A DNA stretch of 32,835 bases. Source: Anaerolineae bacterium (lineage in GTDB: Bacteria > Chloroflexota > Anaerolineae > JACIWP01). Shown in pieces: positions 32,572 to 32,835 of this stretch. The DNA lies in NCBI GenBank assembly GCA_014360855.1, contig JACIWP010000001.1:1-32835 (forward strand). The letters run 5' to 3'. Position 1 is the stretch's first letter. Every line of letters begins with the position of its first letter. Made by a program: the position numbers and the translations under genes. The notes beneath the pieces are model-generated. The model ran no database searches. It had not been told where the DNA came from and saw only the letters and a list, made by a program, of their open reading frames with translations.

Positions 32572-32835
32572 CTACCGCGCGGTAATGCGGCGCACGGATT
32601 CGATTTCCTGCAGGAGTTTTTCCAGCGCCCGGGGTGCGCCGGCCAGACTGCCGTGCTTCCCCATCTGCTCCAGCTCCCAGGCGGCGTCGCGCACACGGAC
32701 AGCTCCAATGGTGGCCGCGGCGCCCTTCAGGCTGTGGGCGTGATAGTCCACCTGCTTGGCACTGCCGGCCTGCACCGCCTCGGACAGCCTGGCGGCATGA
32801 TCCTCCGCTTCTTCCAGGAACACGCGCAGGTATTC
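32572..32835 (-). CDS. HPt (histidine phosphotransfer) domain protein, 5' end beyond the window
   Basis: The frame is open to the window edge (..EYLRVFLEEAEDHAARL). Phospho-His motif HSLKGAAATIG. Four-helix-bundle-like heptad pattern. It may be the C-terminal domain of a larger hybrid kinase. Confidence 0.8.
   Translation of the reverse strand, partial: EYLRVFLEEAEDHAARLSEAVQAGSAKQVDYHAHSLKGAAATIGAVRVRDAAWELEQMGKHGSLAGAPRALEKLLQEIESVRRITAR

Overview
High-GC bacterial chromosomal window (about two-thirds G+C by eye) with strong GGAGG ribosome-binding sites and short AT-rich promoter islands. I saw no rRNA, tRNA, CRISPR array, transposase or integrase. The left flank (1-6.8 kb) holds a 5'-truncated sensor histidine kinase, a convergent FabG-like SDR, an uncharacterised radical-SAM gene translationally coupled to a 'radical SAM-linked' gene, and a minus-strand two-gene operon (ornithine cyclodeaminase-family plus threonine-dehydratase-like PLP enzyme). 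The core (6.9-31.4 kb) is a roughly 24.5 kb Wood-Ljungdahl supercluster in two plus-strand transcription units. Unit 1, the methyl branch, runs hdrA(tandem)-mvhD-metV-metF-hdrCB(fused)-fchA-folD-fhs and ends in an intrinsic terminator. Unit 2, the carbonyl branch, has tandem near-consensus promoters followed by an HMA-like small protein, acsA, acsB, a CBS-pair protein, acsD, acsC, a RACo-type activase, a 712-aa polytopic membrane protein, cooC and acsE, then a strong terminator. The right flank holds a secreted DNRLRE-domain protein with a Pro/Thr-rich linker and a convergent, window-truncated HPt-domain gene. Items most worth follow-up are three non-canonical genes embedded in the CODH/ACS operon: a Cys-free HMA-like protein with an ADHH loop, a standalone CBS-pair protein, and a GT-C-like membrane protein. 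Also notable are the two-module HdrA, the fused HdrCB, a 15-bp perfect inverted repeat whose anti-SD arm can pair with either of two ACAGGAGG copies upstream of the CBS gene, a terminator-like hairpin between acsA and acsB, and an operator-like TGTGA-N6-ACACA palindrome on the acs promoter. No formate dehydrogenase, hydrogenase or Rnf/Ech genes are in the window. All functional calls come from reading motifs in the translations, and no searches were run.
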